From: Spirochaetia bacterium
GTDB lineage: Bacteria > Spirochaetota > Spirochaetia > SZUA-6 > Bin103
Reading direction: 5' to 3'
Assembly: GCA_965203055.1 (NCBI GenBank)
Contig: OZ241863.1
Coordinates: 3,936,001-4,000,000, forward strand
Length of the DNA: 64,000 nt
Position numbers and translations under genes: made by a program
The notes under the pieces: model-generated
The model's input: the letters and a program-made list of their open reading frames with translations, nothing else
Databases searched by the model: none
Told to the model about the DNA's origin: nothing
In this document: one piece after another, positions 9,699 through 18,527 of the stretch
How the letters are laid out: each line of letters begins with the position of its first letter
Position numbering within the stretch: the first letter of the stretch is position 1

Positions 9699-10721
9699 AT
9701 GCTGTTGAAATTGGGGGTTGCGGGGCTCGGCCACGGCGCCACGCTGCTGCAGGCCAACACGCCGGCCGGCCGGCACCTGCCGCTGCGGGTGACGGCGGTG
9801 TGCGACAGCGACGGCGCGCGGGCGCAGGCCGCGGCCGAGCGCTACGCGGTTCCGGTGGTCACCAGCGACTTTGCCGAGCTGGTGGCGCGCCCGGAGCTGG
9901 ACGTGATCGGCATCTACACTCCCGGCCCGCTGCACGGCGCCCAGATCCTGGCCGCGCTCGACGCCGGCAAGCACGTCATGGTGACCAAGTCGATGGTCTA
10001 CACCATGGCCGAGGCGGAACAGGTGGTGGCGGCGGTCGCGCGCAGCGGGCGGGTGCTGCTGGTGAGCCAGTCGCTGCGCGGGCGGCTCGACTTCCTGGAG
10101 GCCAAGCGCGCCTGCGACGCCGGCGAGATCGGCGAGTTGTTCCTGGCCGAGTCGCACTACGTCCACGACCTGCGCCCGGTGTACGACTACTCGCCGTGGC
10201 GGGTGGAGATGCCTCAGGACCTGCTCCTCGGCGGCGCTTGCCACCCGATCGACCTGCTGCGCTGGTTCATGGGCGACATCGACGAGGTGCACTGCTACGG
10301 ACTGCGCAGCGGCCTGGCGCCCGACTACCCGCAGGAGGACAACTTCGTGGTCAACGTGCGCTTTGCCAGCGGCAAGATCGGCCGCATCGCCGCGTTCCTG
10401 GGGGTGGTGGAACCGCCCGCCGCAGCGATGAACGAGCTCACCGTATACGGCACCCGCGGCACCCTGCGCAATGCCCGCAAGCGGATTGACGGCGCCGGCT
10501 ACCTGCCGGCGCGCTCCTCCGAGGTGACCTTCTCCGGCACCCTCCCATTGGGCCATCACCAGGAGATGCTGGTGCTGATGGAGCACTTGGCGGACTGCAT
10601 TCTGCACGGCCGCTCACCCTGGGTCGGGGCGCGCGAAGGCGCGCGGGTGGTAGCCACCGGCCTGGCGTGCTGGGAGTCGCTGCGCCGCGGGCGGCCGGCA
10701 CGGGTGCGCAATGAGTTCTGA
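9699..10721 (+). CDS. Gfo/Idh/MocA family oxidoreductase
   Basis: GVAGLGHG, AGKHVMVTKSM, CHPIDL. Confidence 0.88.
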   Translation: MLLKLGVAGLGHGATLLQANTPAGRHLPLRVTAVCDSDGARAQAAAERYAVPVVTSDFAELVARPELDVIGIYTPGPLHGAQILAALDAGKHVMVTKSMVYTMAEAEQVVAAVARSGRVLLVSQSLRGRLDFLEAKRACDAGEIGELFLAESHYVHDLRPVYDYSPWRVEMPQDLLLGGACHPIDLLRWFMGDIDEVHCYGLRSGLAPDYPQEDNFVVNVRFASGKIGRIAAFLGVVEPPAAAMNELTVYGTRGTLRNARKRIDGAGYLPARSSEVTFSGTLPLGHHQEMLVLMEHLADCILHGRSPWVGAREGARVVATGLACWESLRRGRPARVRNEF

Positions 10722-11325
10722 GCCGGGCGCCGGGCAGCCGCAGCTCAAGATGCGGTTTGGCGCCTTTGCCGGGTTGGCGCCGGTGCGGCTGGCGCCGGCC
10801 TGCGCATTGGCGACGCTGGCGCAGCGCGGCGCGGAGGAGTGGATCGCGGTGCTCAACGCCACCGGCCATCTCGGCGCCTGGGACGACCGCCGCGCCGAGG
10901 CGGCCCTGGCGGGCGAACGCCCGGTGCTGGCGGCCGGCACCTATCTGATCCTGGCCGCCGGCCGCGCGGTCGCCACCGCCTGCACCATACCGCCGACGCC
11001 GGCCGAGTCACGCTCCGAGCTGGGCTGGGTGGCGGTGGCGCCGAGCCATCAGGGACGCGGCCTGGGATTGCAGGTATGCCGCGCGGTGCTGTGGTACGCG
11101 CGCCGCCGCGGCTGGCCGGCCACCATGCTCTACACCGACGACTGGCGGCTGCCGGCCATCAAGACCTATCTGAAACTCGGCTTCGAGCCGGAGCTGACCC
11201 ACGCCAGCCACCGCGCCCGCTGGCAGGCGATCCGGCGCCGGCTCGACGCCGGGCCGGCCCGGCTCAGCGCCGGCGCGCCAGGTGAGCCGCGGCGCCGCGC
11301 ACCAGGGCCGCCAGCAACCAGATGA
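10711..11325 (+). CDS. GNAT family N-acetyltransferase
   Basis: VAVAPSHQGRGLG, PAIKTYLKLGF. Confidence 0.88.
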   Translation: MSSEPGAGQPQLKMRFGAFAGLAPVRLAPACALATLAQRGAEEWIAVLNATGHLGAWDDRRAEAALAGERPVLAAGTYLILAAGRAVATACTIPPTPAESRSELGWVAVAPSHQGRGLGLQVCRAVLWYARRRGWPATMLYTDDWRLPAIKTYLKLGFEPELTHASHRARWQAIRRRLDAGPARLSAGAPGEPRRRAPGPPATR

Positions 11326-11536
11326 AGAACAGGAGCAGCAGCAACGCCATGAAGCCCAGCCCGAGCGCCACCGCCACCCGGCCCGCGAGCGGGGTGGGCG
11401 CGCTGAGGAGGGCGCCCACCACCCGCGCCAAGCGCCCGCCGCCGGCCACCGCCACCGCCGCCATGATCGCCATGGCCAGCAGCCACACCACGAGATTGAC
11501 GACCGGATGGGCAGTCCTGCGGTCGCGCTCCGCCAT
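11264..11536 (-). CDS. small membrane protein
   Basis: Two hydrophobic helices; TATGCT 9 nt upstream of ATG. Confidence 0.55.
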   Translation of the reverse strand: MAERDRRTAHPVVNLVVWLLAMAIMAAVAVAGGGRLARVVGALLSAPTPLAGRVAVALGLGFMALLLLLFFIWLLAALVRGAAAHLARRR

Positions 11537-11565
11537 GCCGCCGGCAGCATACCCTGAAATCGGCC

Positions 11566-12879
11566 ATGCCTGATCGGCCTGAGCGGCCCAACCTGTTGCT
11601 GCTGCTTCCCGATCAGCACCGCGCCGACTGGCTGGCCGGCGGCGGCCTGCCGCTGCGCACGCCGACGCTGGCGCGGCTGGCGGAGCGGGGCGTTTCCTTT
11701 ACGCGCGCCTACTGCACCGCGCCGCTGTGCGCCCCGTCGCGCGCCAGTCTCGCGGCCGGGCGCCACTACGCCCACTGCGGCGTACCCGGCAACGGCCACG
11801 ACTACCCGCTGCGGCAGCCGACCTTCTACCAAGCGTTGCGCGCCGCCGGCTACCGCGTCGCCGGGGTCGGCAAGTTCGACCTGCACAAGGACATCAGCGA
11901 CCCGGCCAAGCTCTGGTGGGAGCTGGACGGCTCGCGGTTGCTGGCCGAATGGGGGTTCACCGACGGCATCGACAGCGAGGGCAAGCTGGATGGCAGCCGT
12001 TCCTACCGCGCCGCGGGCGCGCCGCGCGGCCCCTACCTGAAGATGCTCCACGAGCGCGACCTCGCGCAGCGCTACGTGCAGGAACACGCCGCCCGCCGCG
12101 AGCACCTGGGAGGCTACGTCACCGCGCTCCCGGACGACGCCTACGGCGACAACTGGGTGGCCGGCAACGCCCTGCGGGTGCTGCGGGAGCTGCCGCGCGC
12201 CGCGCCCTGGTTCCTGCAGGTGAACTTCCTCGGCCCGCACGATCCGTTCGACGTCACGGCTTCGATGCGCGCCCGCTGGGAACGGGTCCAGTTCCCGCTG
12301 CCGCACGCCAACGAGCACCCCGACCGCGCCGCGCTGCTGCGCGCCCGGCAGAACTACGCCGCGATGATCGAGAACATCGACGCTTGGTGCGGGCGGCTGC
12401 TGGACGCGGTGGCCGCGCGCGGCGAGCTGCGGAACACCATCGTGGTGTACGCCTCGGACCACGGCGAGATGCTCGGCGACCACGGCCGCTGGGGCAAGAG
12501 CACCTGGCGGGAGGCGGCGGTACGGGTACCGCTGCTGGCCGCCGGGCCCGGCTGCGCGCAGGGCGCGGTGTCGAACGCGCTGGTGAGTCTGCATGACCTG
12601 GCCGCCACTTTTCTGGACTACGCCGCGGCGGCGCCGTTGCCGGCCATGGACGCGGTGTCGCTGCGCCCGCTGCTGGAGGGGCGCCGCCGCCGCCATCGGC
12701 CGGTAGCCGTAGCCGGCCTGGCCGGGTGGCGCATGGCCACCGACGAACGCTACAAACTGGTGCTCGATCCGGCCCACCGGCCGCTTCTGTTCGACCGCAG
12801 CGCCGACCCGCTGGAGGAGCACGATCTCGCCGCCGCCCGGCCGGAGGTGGCGGACCACCTGCGGCTGCATCTGGTCTGA
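11566..12879 (+). CDS. sulfatase-like hydrolase
   Basis: PNLLLLLPDQHR, CAPSRASL (CxPxR), GPHDP, SDHGEMLGDH. Confidence 0.93.
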   Translation: MPDRPERPNLLLLLPDQHRADWLAGGGLPLRTPTLARLAERGVSFTRAYCTAPLCAPSRASLAAGRHYAHCGVPGNGHDYPLRQPTFYQALRAAGYRVAGVGKFDLHKDISDPAKLWWELDGSRLLAEWGFTDGIDSEGKLDGSRSYRAAGAPRGPYLKMLHERDLAQRYVQEHAARREHLGGYVTALPDDAYGDNWVAGNALRVLRELPRAAPWFLQVNFLGPHDPFDVTASMRARWERVQFPLPHANEHPDRAALLRARQNYAAMIENIDAWCGRLLDAVAARGELRNTIVVYASDHGEMLGDHGRWGKSTWREAAVRVPLLAAGPGCAQGAVSNALVSLHDLAATFLDYAAAAPLPAMDAVSLRPLLEGRRRRHRPVAVAGLAGWRMATDERYKLVLDPAHRPLLFDRSADPLEEHDLAAARPEVADHLRLHLV

Positions 12880-13041
12880 CCGTGGCCGGCCGCTTTCAGG
12901 GTCCGGTGGCCGGGGCGTCGAACACCGCGCCCACGTCCTTGCGCGCCCACCCGCGGGTGCGATAGCTCCACAGCGTCATCGCTTGTTCCTCGTACAGTTC
13001 CACCCGGCAAGCGGCATCTCGACGGCATAGCGCTCTGCTCG

Positions 13042-13575
13042 TTATCTGCGGGCCTCGCGGCGGGCGGCTACCGCAAACTCGAAGATCTCCGTGAGCCAGG
13101 CGGGCTTGGGCGGCGGCTCGGGGGCGTCGAGGCAGGTTTCGACCTCATGCCATGCGGCTGCCTGGTCGGGCGAGCGCAGCCAGCGGCGCCGGGCGGCGCG
13201 GGTTTCGGCGCCGGCGGTGAGCAGCGTATGCAGCAGGTCGATCTGCCGAGCGCGGCGGATGCGGCGCCGCATCACGGCGGCCTCGCGGTCGCGGTCCCAT
13301 TGGGGCGCGCCGGGGATGGTCCGCGGCCGGTGCTTGGTAAGATACTCGACCGCGTCGTCCTCCAGCATTCCCAGGAGCGAGCCGCGGCCGGGATAGTCCA
13401 GCGTCCGGTAGTAGCGCAGCAACCAACGCACGGCGTCTTCGTCGGACAGTTCCTTTGAGCTGATGATCTCATGGGTGATGCGCCAGGGGCTGGTTCCGCG
13501 CGGCAGCAGCATGAACCACACCAGCCCCATCAGTCCGATCATCGCCGCCGGCAACAATCCCAGAACCACGTCCAT
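13042..13575 (-). CDS. hypothetical protein with N-terminal TM helix
   Basis: 177-aa ORF downstream of cdd on the same strand. Confidence 0.65.
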   Translation of the reverse strand: MDVVLGLLPAAMIGLMGLVWFMLLPRGTSPWRITHEIISSKELSDEDAVRWLLRYYRTLDYPGRGSLLGMLEDDAVEYLTKHRPRTIPGAPQWDRDREAAVMRRRIRRARQIDLLHTLLTAGAETRAARRRWLRSPDQAAAWHEVETCLDAPEPPPKPAWLTEIFEFAVAARREARR

Positions 13576-13604
13576 GGCGCCAGTCAGCCGCTACCGCAGC
13601 GCGG

Positions 13605-14000
13605 TCACGCCAAGTTGTCCGGGCCGAACGAGGCGGGCAGCAGGTCGGCCAGGGTGAAGCGCCGGCGCAGGCCGTCCGGGCCGCACACCAGGATCGGGAC
13701 CGTGTCGGCGGCGAACTCGCGGATCTTCTGGCGGCAGCCGCCGCAGGGGGTGCACAGTTGGCCGCCGCCGCCGGCAACCGCGAGCGCGGTGATGCGGCGC
13801 TCGCCGGCCATGACCAGCGCCGCGATCGCCGCGGCCTCGGCGCAGATGCCCTCCGGGTAGGCGGCGTTCTCGACGTTGCAGCCCTGGTAGACGGCCCCGC
13901 TCTCCGCCTGCACCGCGGCGCCGACGTGGAATCCCGAATAGGGGGCGTAGGCCGCGGCCCGCGCGGCAATCGCGGCGGCGATAGTGGCGTCGGCGTCCAT
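13605..14000 (-). CDS. cdd: cytidine deaminase
   Basis: AYAPYSGFHVGAA, GCNVENAAYP, CAE, PCGGCRQ. Confidence 0.95.
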   Translation of the reverse strand: MDADATIAAAIAARAAAYAPYSGFHVGAAVQAESGAVYQGCNVENAAYPEGICAEAAAIAALVMAGERRITALAVAGGGGQLCTPCGGCRQKIREFAADTVPILVCGPDGLRRRFTLADLLPASFGPDNLA

Positions 14001-14004
14001 TCGC

Positions 14005-14997
14005 CTACCGGGCCGCCAGCTCCGAGAACTGGGCGCCGGCGTGGTAGGAGGAGCGCACCAAGGGGCCGGCCTCGCAGTGCATGAAGCCCATAGCGCGCGC
14101 CGCGGCCCGCAGCGCCGCGAACTCGTCGGGATGCCAGTAGCGCACCACGGTCTGCTGCTGCGCGGTGGGCTGCAGGTACTGGCCGAGGTTGACGATCTGC
14201 ACGCCGGCGGCGCGCAGGTCGCGCAGCGTAGCCAGCACCTCCTCGGTGGTCTCGCCGAGGCCCACCATCAGGCTGGACTTGATCAGCAGGTCCGGGGCCA
14301 GGCCGCGCGCCGTCTCCAGGAAGCCCAGCGAGCGCTCGTAGGTGGAGTGGGAGCGCACCAGTCGGGTCAGCCGCGGCACCGTCTCGACGTTGTGGGACAG
14401 TACTTCGGGCGCCGCCGCGGCCACGGTGGCAATCGCTTCCCGGTCGCCGCCCAGATCGGAGGTGAGCAGCTCCACGCTGCAGCGCGAGACCGCGCGCACC
14501 GCCGCTACCGTGGCGGCGCATACCTCGGCGCCGCCGTCCCGCAGATCGTCGCGCGCGACCATGGTAACGACCACGTGGCGCAGCTCCATCGCGGCGACGG
14601 CCGCGGCTACCCGCTCCGGTTCGGCCAAGTCCAGTTCGGTCGGCAGGCCGGTGGCCACGGAGCAGAAGCGGCAGCGCCGGGTGCACACGCTGCCCAGGAT
14701 CATGAAGGTGGCGGTGCGGTGCGCGCCCCAGCACTCGTGGATGTTCGGACAGCGCGCTTCCTCGCACACGGTTGCGAGCCGGTTGGCGCGCAGCAGGCGG
14801 CGTACTTCCCCGAAGGCGGCGCTGGCCCGCGGGCGGGTGCGCAGCCAGGCGGGTTTGCGCTGATACGCCGCGGCGGCCGGCGGGGCCGGCGCCGCGGGCG
14901 GAGGCGCTACGGTTGAGGTTGTCGTTTCCGGTGCGATGACGAACCGCCTGCAAGTCCCTTGAAATCCCTCCGGGTCTGGACCGGAGGACGCCAACAA
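14005..14997 (-). CDS. lipA: lipoyl synthase (start uncertain)
   Basis: CEEARCPNIHEC, CTRRCRFC, HNVETV, RSSYHA. Confidence 0.95.
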   Translation of the reverse strand: MLASSGPDPEGFQGTCRRFVIAPETTTSTVAPPPAAPAPPAAAAYQRKPAWLRTRPRASAAFGEVRRLLRANRLATVCEEARCPNIHECWGAHRTATFMILGSVCTRRCRFCSVATGLPTELDLAEPERVAAAVAAMELRHVVVTMVARDDLRDGGAEVCAATVAAVRAVSRCSVELLTSDLGGDREAIATVAAAAPEVLSHNVETVPRLTRLVRSHSTYERSLGFLETARGLAPDLLIKSSLMVGLGETTEEVLATLRDLRAAGVQIVNLGQYLQPTAQQQTVVRYWHPDEFAALRAAARAMGFMHCEAGPLVRSSYHAGAQFSELAAR

Positions 14998-15014
14998 ACG
15001 TAGGGTGAGGGGCC

Positions 15015-16028
15015 GTGCAAGTCAATTCGTTCTGGGACACCCTGCCGCGCCCGATGCTGCTGCTGGCGCCGATGGCCAACGTCACCGACACCGCGTTCCG
15101 GCAGATCATCGCGCGCTGCGGCCGGCCCGACCTGATGATGACCGAGTTCACCTCCTGCGAAGGGCTGTGTTCGCGCGGGCGCGAGCGGCTGCTGGCGGAG
15201 CTCGCCTTCCATCCCAGCGAGCGCCCGCTGGTGGTGCAGTTCTTCGGCCCGCGGCCGGAGACCTTCTACCAATGCGCCCAGCTCGCGCGCCGCCTCGGCT
15301 TCGACGGCATCGACATAAACACCGGCTGCCCGGACCGGCGCGTGCTGAGGCAGGGCGCCGGCGCCGCGCTGATCGCCGACCCCGGCCGCATGCGCGAGAT
15401 CTACGCTGCCGCGCGCGACGGCGCGGGCGGTCTGCCGGTGTCGATCAAGACCCGGCTCGGCATCGAGCGCGACATCCTCGACCAGTGGCTTGGGGTACTG
15501 CTGGAGTTGCGCCCCGCGGCCATCACCCTGCACGCGCGCACCGTGCGCGAGCTGTCGAACACCGCCGCCCACTGGGACGCGGTAGGGCGCGCCGTCCGCC
15601 AGGCGCGCGGCAGCGGCGTCCCGATCATCGGCAACGGCGACGCGCGCGACCCCGTCCATGCCCGCGAACTGGCCGCTGCGACCGGCGCCGACGGGGTGAT
15701 GTTGGGGCGCGCCATCTTCGGCAATCCGTGGCTGTTCCACCCGACCGTGACCAAGCAGCAACTCGGCCTCGACGCGGTACTGGAGGTGATGCTGGAGCAC
15801 GCCGGGTTGTTCGACCGGCTGCTAGGCGAGGTACGCCCGTTCGTCGAGATGCGGCGCCACTTCAAGGCCTACCTGAGCGGATTTCCCGGCACGAAGTCGT
15901 TGCGCGTCGCGCTGATGGAGACCGCCGATCTCGCCGCCGCGCAGGCGGTGGTGCAACAGTTCCGCGCCGGCTCGGCGCCGCGGCCCGCTCGCTCCGCTCG
16001 GGAGCTGGTTTCCGCCGCCGCTTCGTAG
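15015..16028 (+). CDS. tRNA-dihydrouridine synthase
   Basis: LAPMANVTD, DINTGCP, IGNGD, GRAIFGNPW. Confidence 0.92.
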   Translation: MQVNSFWDTLPRPMLLLAPMANVTDTAFRQIIARCGRPDLMMTEFTSCEGLCSRGRERLLAELAFHPSERPLVVQFFGPRPETFYQCAQLARRLGFDGIDINTGCPDRRVLRQGAGAALIADPGRMREIYAAARDGAGGLPVSIKTRLGIERDILDQWLGVLLELRPAAITLHARTVRELSNTAAHWDAVGRAVRQARGSGVPIIGNGDARDPVHARELAAATGADGVMLGRAIFGNPWLFHPTVTKQQLGLDAVLEVMLEHAGLFDRLLGEVRPFVEMRRHFKAYLSGFPGTKSLRVALMETADLAAAQAVVQQFRAGSAPRPARSARELVSAAAS

Positions 16029-16099
16029 AAGCCCGCCGCGCGCGGCGGAGACGCCGGCCGGCCAAGCGGGCTATAACGGGGGGAGCAGGGGGATGCGCG

Positions 16100-16807
16100 A
16101 TGTATGATCTGACGGGGAAGATTGCGCTGGTGACCGGCGCCAGCCGGGGCATCGGCCTGCACGTCGCCCGCGCGCTGGCCGCGGCGGGGGCGCGGGTGGT
16201 GGTGACCGGTCGTTCGCGCGCTCGCCTGGAGCCGGCGGCGGCGACCATCGCCGGAACGTGTCTGCCGCTGGTGTGCGATCAGTCGGACCCGAGCGCCATC
16301 GAAGCGCTCGCCGAAGCGGTGCAGGAGCGGTGGGGGGCGCCGGACATCCTGGTGAACAACGCCGGCGGCGGGGGCGGCGGTCCGGTCCCGCGGATGGCAT
16401 TGCAGGAGTGGCAGCGGGTGATTGCCACCAACCTGACCGGCGTGTTCTATACGACGCGCTGCTTCCTGCCGGGGATGCTGCGCAAGGAGCGGGGCGACAT
16501 CTTCATCATCAGCTCGATGAGCGGAAAGAAGGGTTCGCCCGGGGCCGCGGCGTACGCGGCCAGCAAGTTCGGTCTGCAGGGCTTCGCTCAGTCGCTGCTG
16601 TATGACGTGCGCCGCTCCAACATCCGGGTGATGGTGATCAATCCGAGCCGGACCGATACCGGTGAGGACACGAGCCCGCCGCACGGACCGGGCGTCCACC
16701 TGCACGCCGCGGACATCGCCGCCACCATCGTGCACCTCGCACGTCTGCCCGGCCGCACGCTGGTGCGCGACCTGGACGTTTGGGGCACCAATCCGTTTCG
16801 GCCGTGA
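16100..16807 (+). CDS. SDR family oxidoreductase
   Basis: TGASRGIG, LVNNAG, YAASK. Confidence 0.92.
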   Translation: MYDLTGKIALVTGASRGIGLHVARALAAAGARVVVTGRSRARLEPAAATIAGTCLPLVCDQSDPSAIEALAEAVQERWGAPDILVNNAGGGGGGPVPRMALQEWQRVIATNLTGVFYTTRCFLPGMLRKERGDIFIISSMSGKKGSPGAAAYAASKFGLQGFAQSLLYDVRRSNIRVMVINPSRTDTGEDTSPPHGPGVHLHAADIAATIVHLARLPGRTLVRDLDVWGTNPFRP

Positions 16808-16814
16808 CCGGCTT

Positions 16815-17321
16815 TCAGCGGCGCGCGATGCCGGCGGCGCGCAGGGCGGCGCACCACTCGGCAAGTGCCTGCGCGCGTGACTCCGGGGTGTTCCAGTGCC
16901 GCGGCCGCGGGCTGGTCGACGGCAGCGCCACCGCGCCGGCGTCCAGCTCTGCAAAGTGCCGCCGCCACTCGCGGGCGCGGCGTCCGTTGAGCAGGATCGG
17001 GAACGGACCGCGTTCCGCCAGCAGCGTTCCGATCGGGTTGGGCTCGGCATCCGTGATGCGGTCGTCGCCGGAGCCGGGCCGGCGTACCCGGGCATAGAGG
17101 TCCCAGACCGCCAACCCGCGGCGGCGCAGCGCCGCGATCCGTTCGGCGTAGGGCGCGGCGTGGTCGGCGATGACGCCGCAGTGGGCCAGTACGCGCCAGA
17201 ACCAGTTGTGCGGGTTGCCGTAGTACTGGCCCGCCTCGAGGGAGGCGACGCTCGGAAACGAGCCGAGCAGCAGCGCCCGGATCGGCCCGGCCGGCAGGAT
17301 CGGAGGCAGCCCGGCAAGCAG
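16815..17321 (-). CDS. uracil/hypoxanthine-DNA glycosylase superfamily protein (no canonical start; CTG assumed)
   Basis: Frame extends upstream of the ORF call: LLLGSFPSVASLEAGQYYGNPHNWFW ... LLNG ... LPSTSP. Confidence 0.8.
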   Translation of the reverse strand: MLAGLPPILPAGPIRALLLGSFPSVASLEAGQYYGNPHNWFWRVLAHCGVIADHAAPYAERIAALRRRGLAVWDLYARVRRPGSGDDRITDAEPNPIGTLLAERGPFPILLNGRRAREWRRHFAELDAGAVALPSTSPRPRHWNTPESRAQALAEWCAALRAAGIARR

Positions 17322-17370
17322 CGGCGCGGCAGGATCGGCAGGCTGCCCGGAATGGGCCGGCCGGCGGCGG

Positions 17371-18477
17371 TCAGATGCCCAGGTCGTAGCGATCGTAATC
17401 GGCCAACACTGCCGCGCGGGTGGCGGCGTTGCAGCGGTTGGCCTCGACTTCGCCGGCGAGCGGCTGATAGAGGAACCGCGGTTCGGCGGGATAGCGCTGC
17501 CGGCGGGCGTCGATGGCGAGCGCGATGACCCGCGCCCGGCGGTGGATGCGCTCGTCGTCGTACGGCTCCGGCGCCTCGCCGCGCACGCCGGCGATACTGG
17601 CGCGGCGGTGAAAGCCGAACGTCAGCGTCACGCGGCGGCGGTCGGAACGGTTGGCGAAGGCGCCGTGCAGGAGCTGGCGGTTGACGATCGCTACGTCGCC
17701 GGGAGCGCACACCAGCGGCACGGCGCCGGGCAGCCGGTCGGAGCCGCGGTTGGCGGCGACGCGCGCCTTGATGTCGATCTTGCCCTCGCGGTGCGAACCG
17801 GGAATCAGCCACAACCCGTTCTCCGGCGTGGTGGGATAGAGCTGGGCCATGAAGTTGAAGCCGTGGGTGCCGGCGTCCAGCTCCGGGTTGTCCCAGTGGG
17901 TGGTGCCGTCCTGATGCCACGCGGTCGACGGCCCCAACCCGGCCTCCTTGATCCACAGCGCCTCGCGGAAGGGAACGAAGTCGGGGCCGTTGATCTGCGC
18001 GGCGACGGCCAGAAGCCGCGGATGGCCGTACAGACACAGGAAGCTGTCCATGAACTGCAGGGGGCCGACGACGTTGACCAGCACCTCGGCGGGGGCGCCG
18101 GCCGGAGCGGCGTACTCGGTCATCCGCGCCTGGTACCGGCCGCGCGCCGCGCCGGTGCCGCCGAACGGATCGCTCAGCGGGCGGCCGAACTTGAAGCGGG
18201 CCATCCCCGGCGGGCCGGAACCGAGGGCCGGGCGTCCCGCCGCGTCGGTGGCCGCGGCGCTCGAAGTCGGCGCGCGTTCCAGCAACCGTTCGAAGTCGGC
18301 CGCCAGAGCGGCGACCTCGTCCGCGCCGAGCACCCCTTCGAAGAGATAGAACCCGGTGCGCCAGTACGCCGCGGTAATCCGCTGCCGCAGCCTGCCGTCG
18401 GCTTCGAACTCCAGCGGTCCGCGGTTCCCCAACTCGGCCGCGCGCCGGCTTCCTGCCGCCAGGTACTCATCTTCCAT
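17371..18477 (-). CDS. phytanoyl-CoA dioxygenase (PhyH) family
   Basis: AWHQDG, ENGLWLIPGSH, LLHGA. Confidence 0.9.
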   Translation of the reverse strand: MEDEYLAAGSRRAAELGNRGPLEFEADGRLRQRITAAYWRTGFYLFEGVLGADEVAALAADFERLLERAPTSSAAATDAAGRPALGSGPPGMARFKFGRPLSDPFGGTGAARGRYQARMTEYAAPAGAPAEVLVNVVGPLQFMDSFLCLYGHPRLLAVAAQINGPDFVPFREALWIKEAGLGPSTAWHQDGTTHWDNPELDAGTHGFNFMAQLYPTTPENGLWLIPGSHREGKIDIKARVAANRGSDRLPGAVPLVCAPGDVAIVNRQLLHGAFANRSDRRRVTLTFGFHRRASIAGVRGEAPEPYDDERIHRRARVIALAIDARRQRYPAEPRFLYQPLAGEVEANRCNAATRAAVLADYDRYDLGI

Positions 18478-18527
18478 AACGCCACATGATAGCACGCCGC
18501 GGCGGCGCTGCGGCGCCACGCCCGCGG

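Noticed and set aside
12896..13040. Minus-strand frame VELYEEQAMTLWSYRTRGWARKDVGAVFDAPATGP
   Set aside because: Protein-like but short, with no clear start or recognisable family
14967..14988. Hairpin CCTCCGG/CCGGAGG between lipA and dus as a riboswitch
   Set aside because: Single short stem with no known riboswitch consensus
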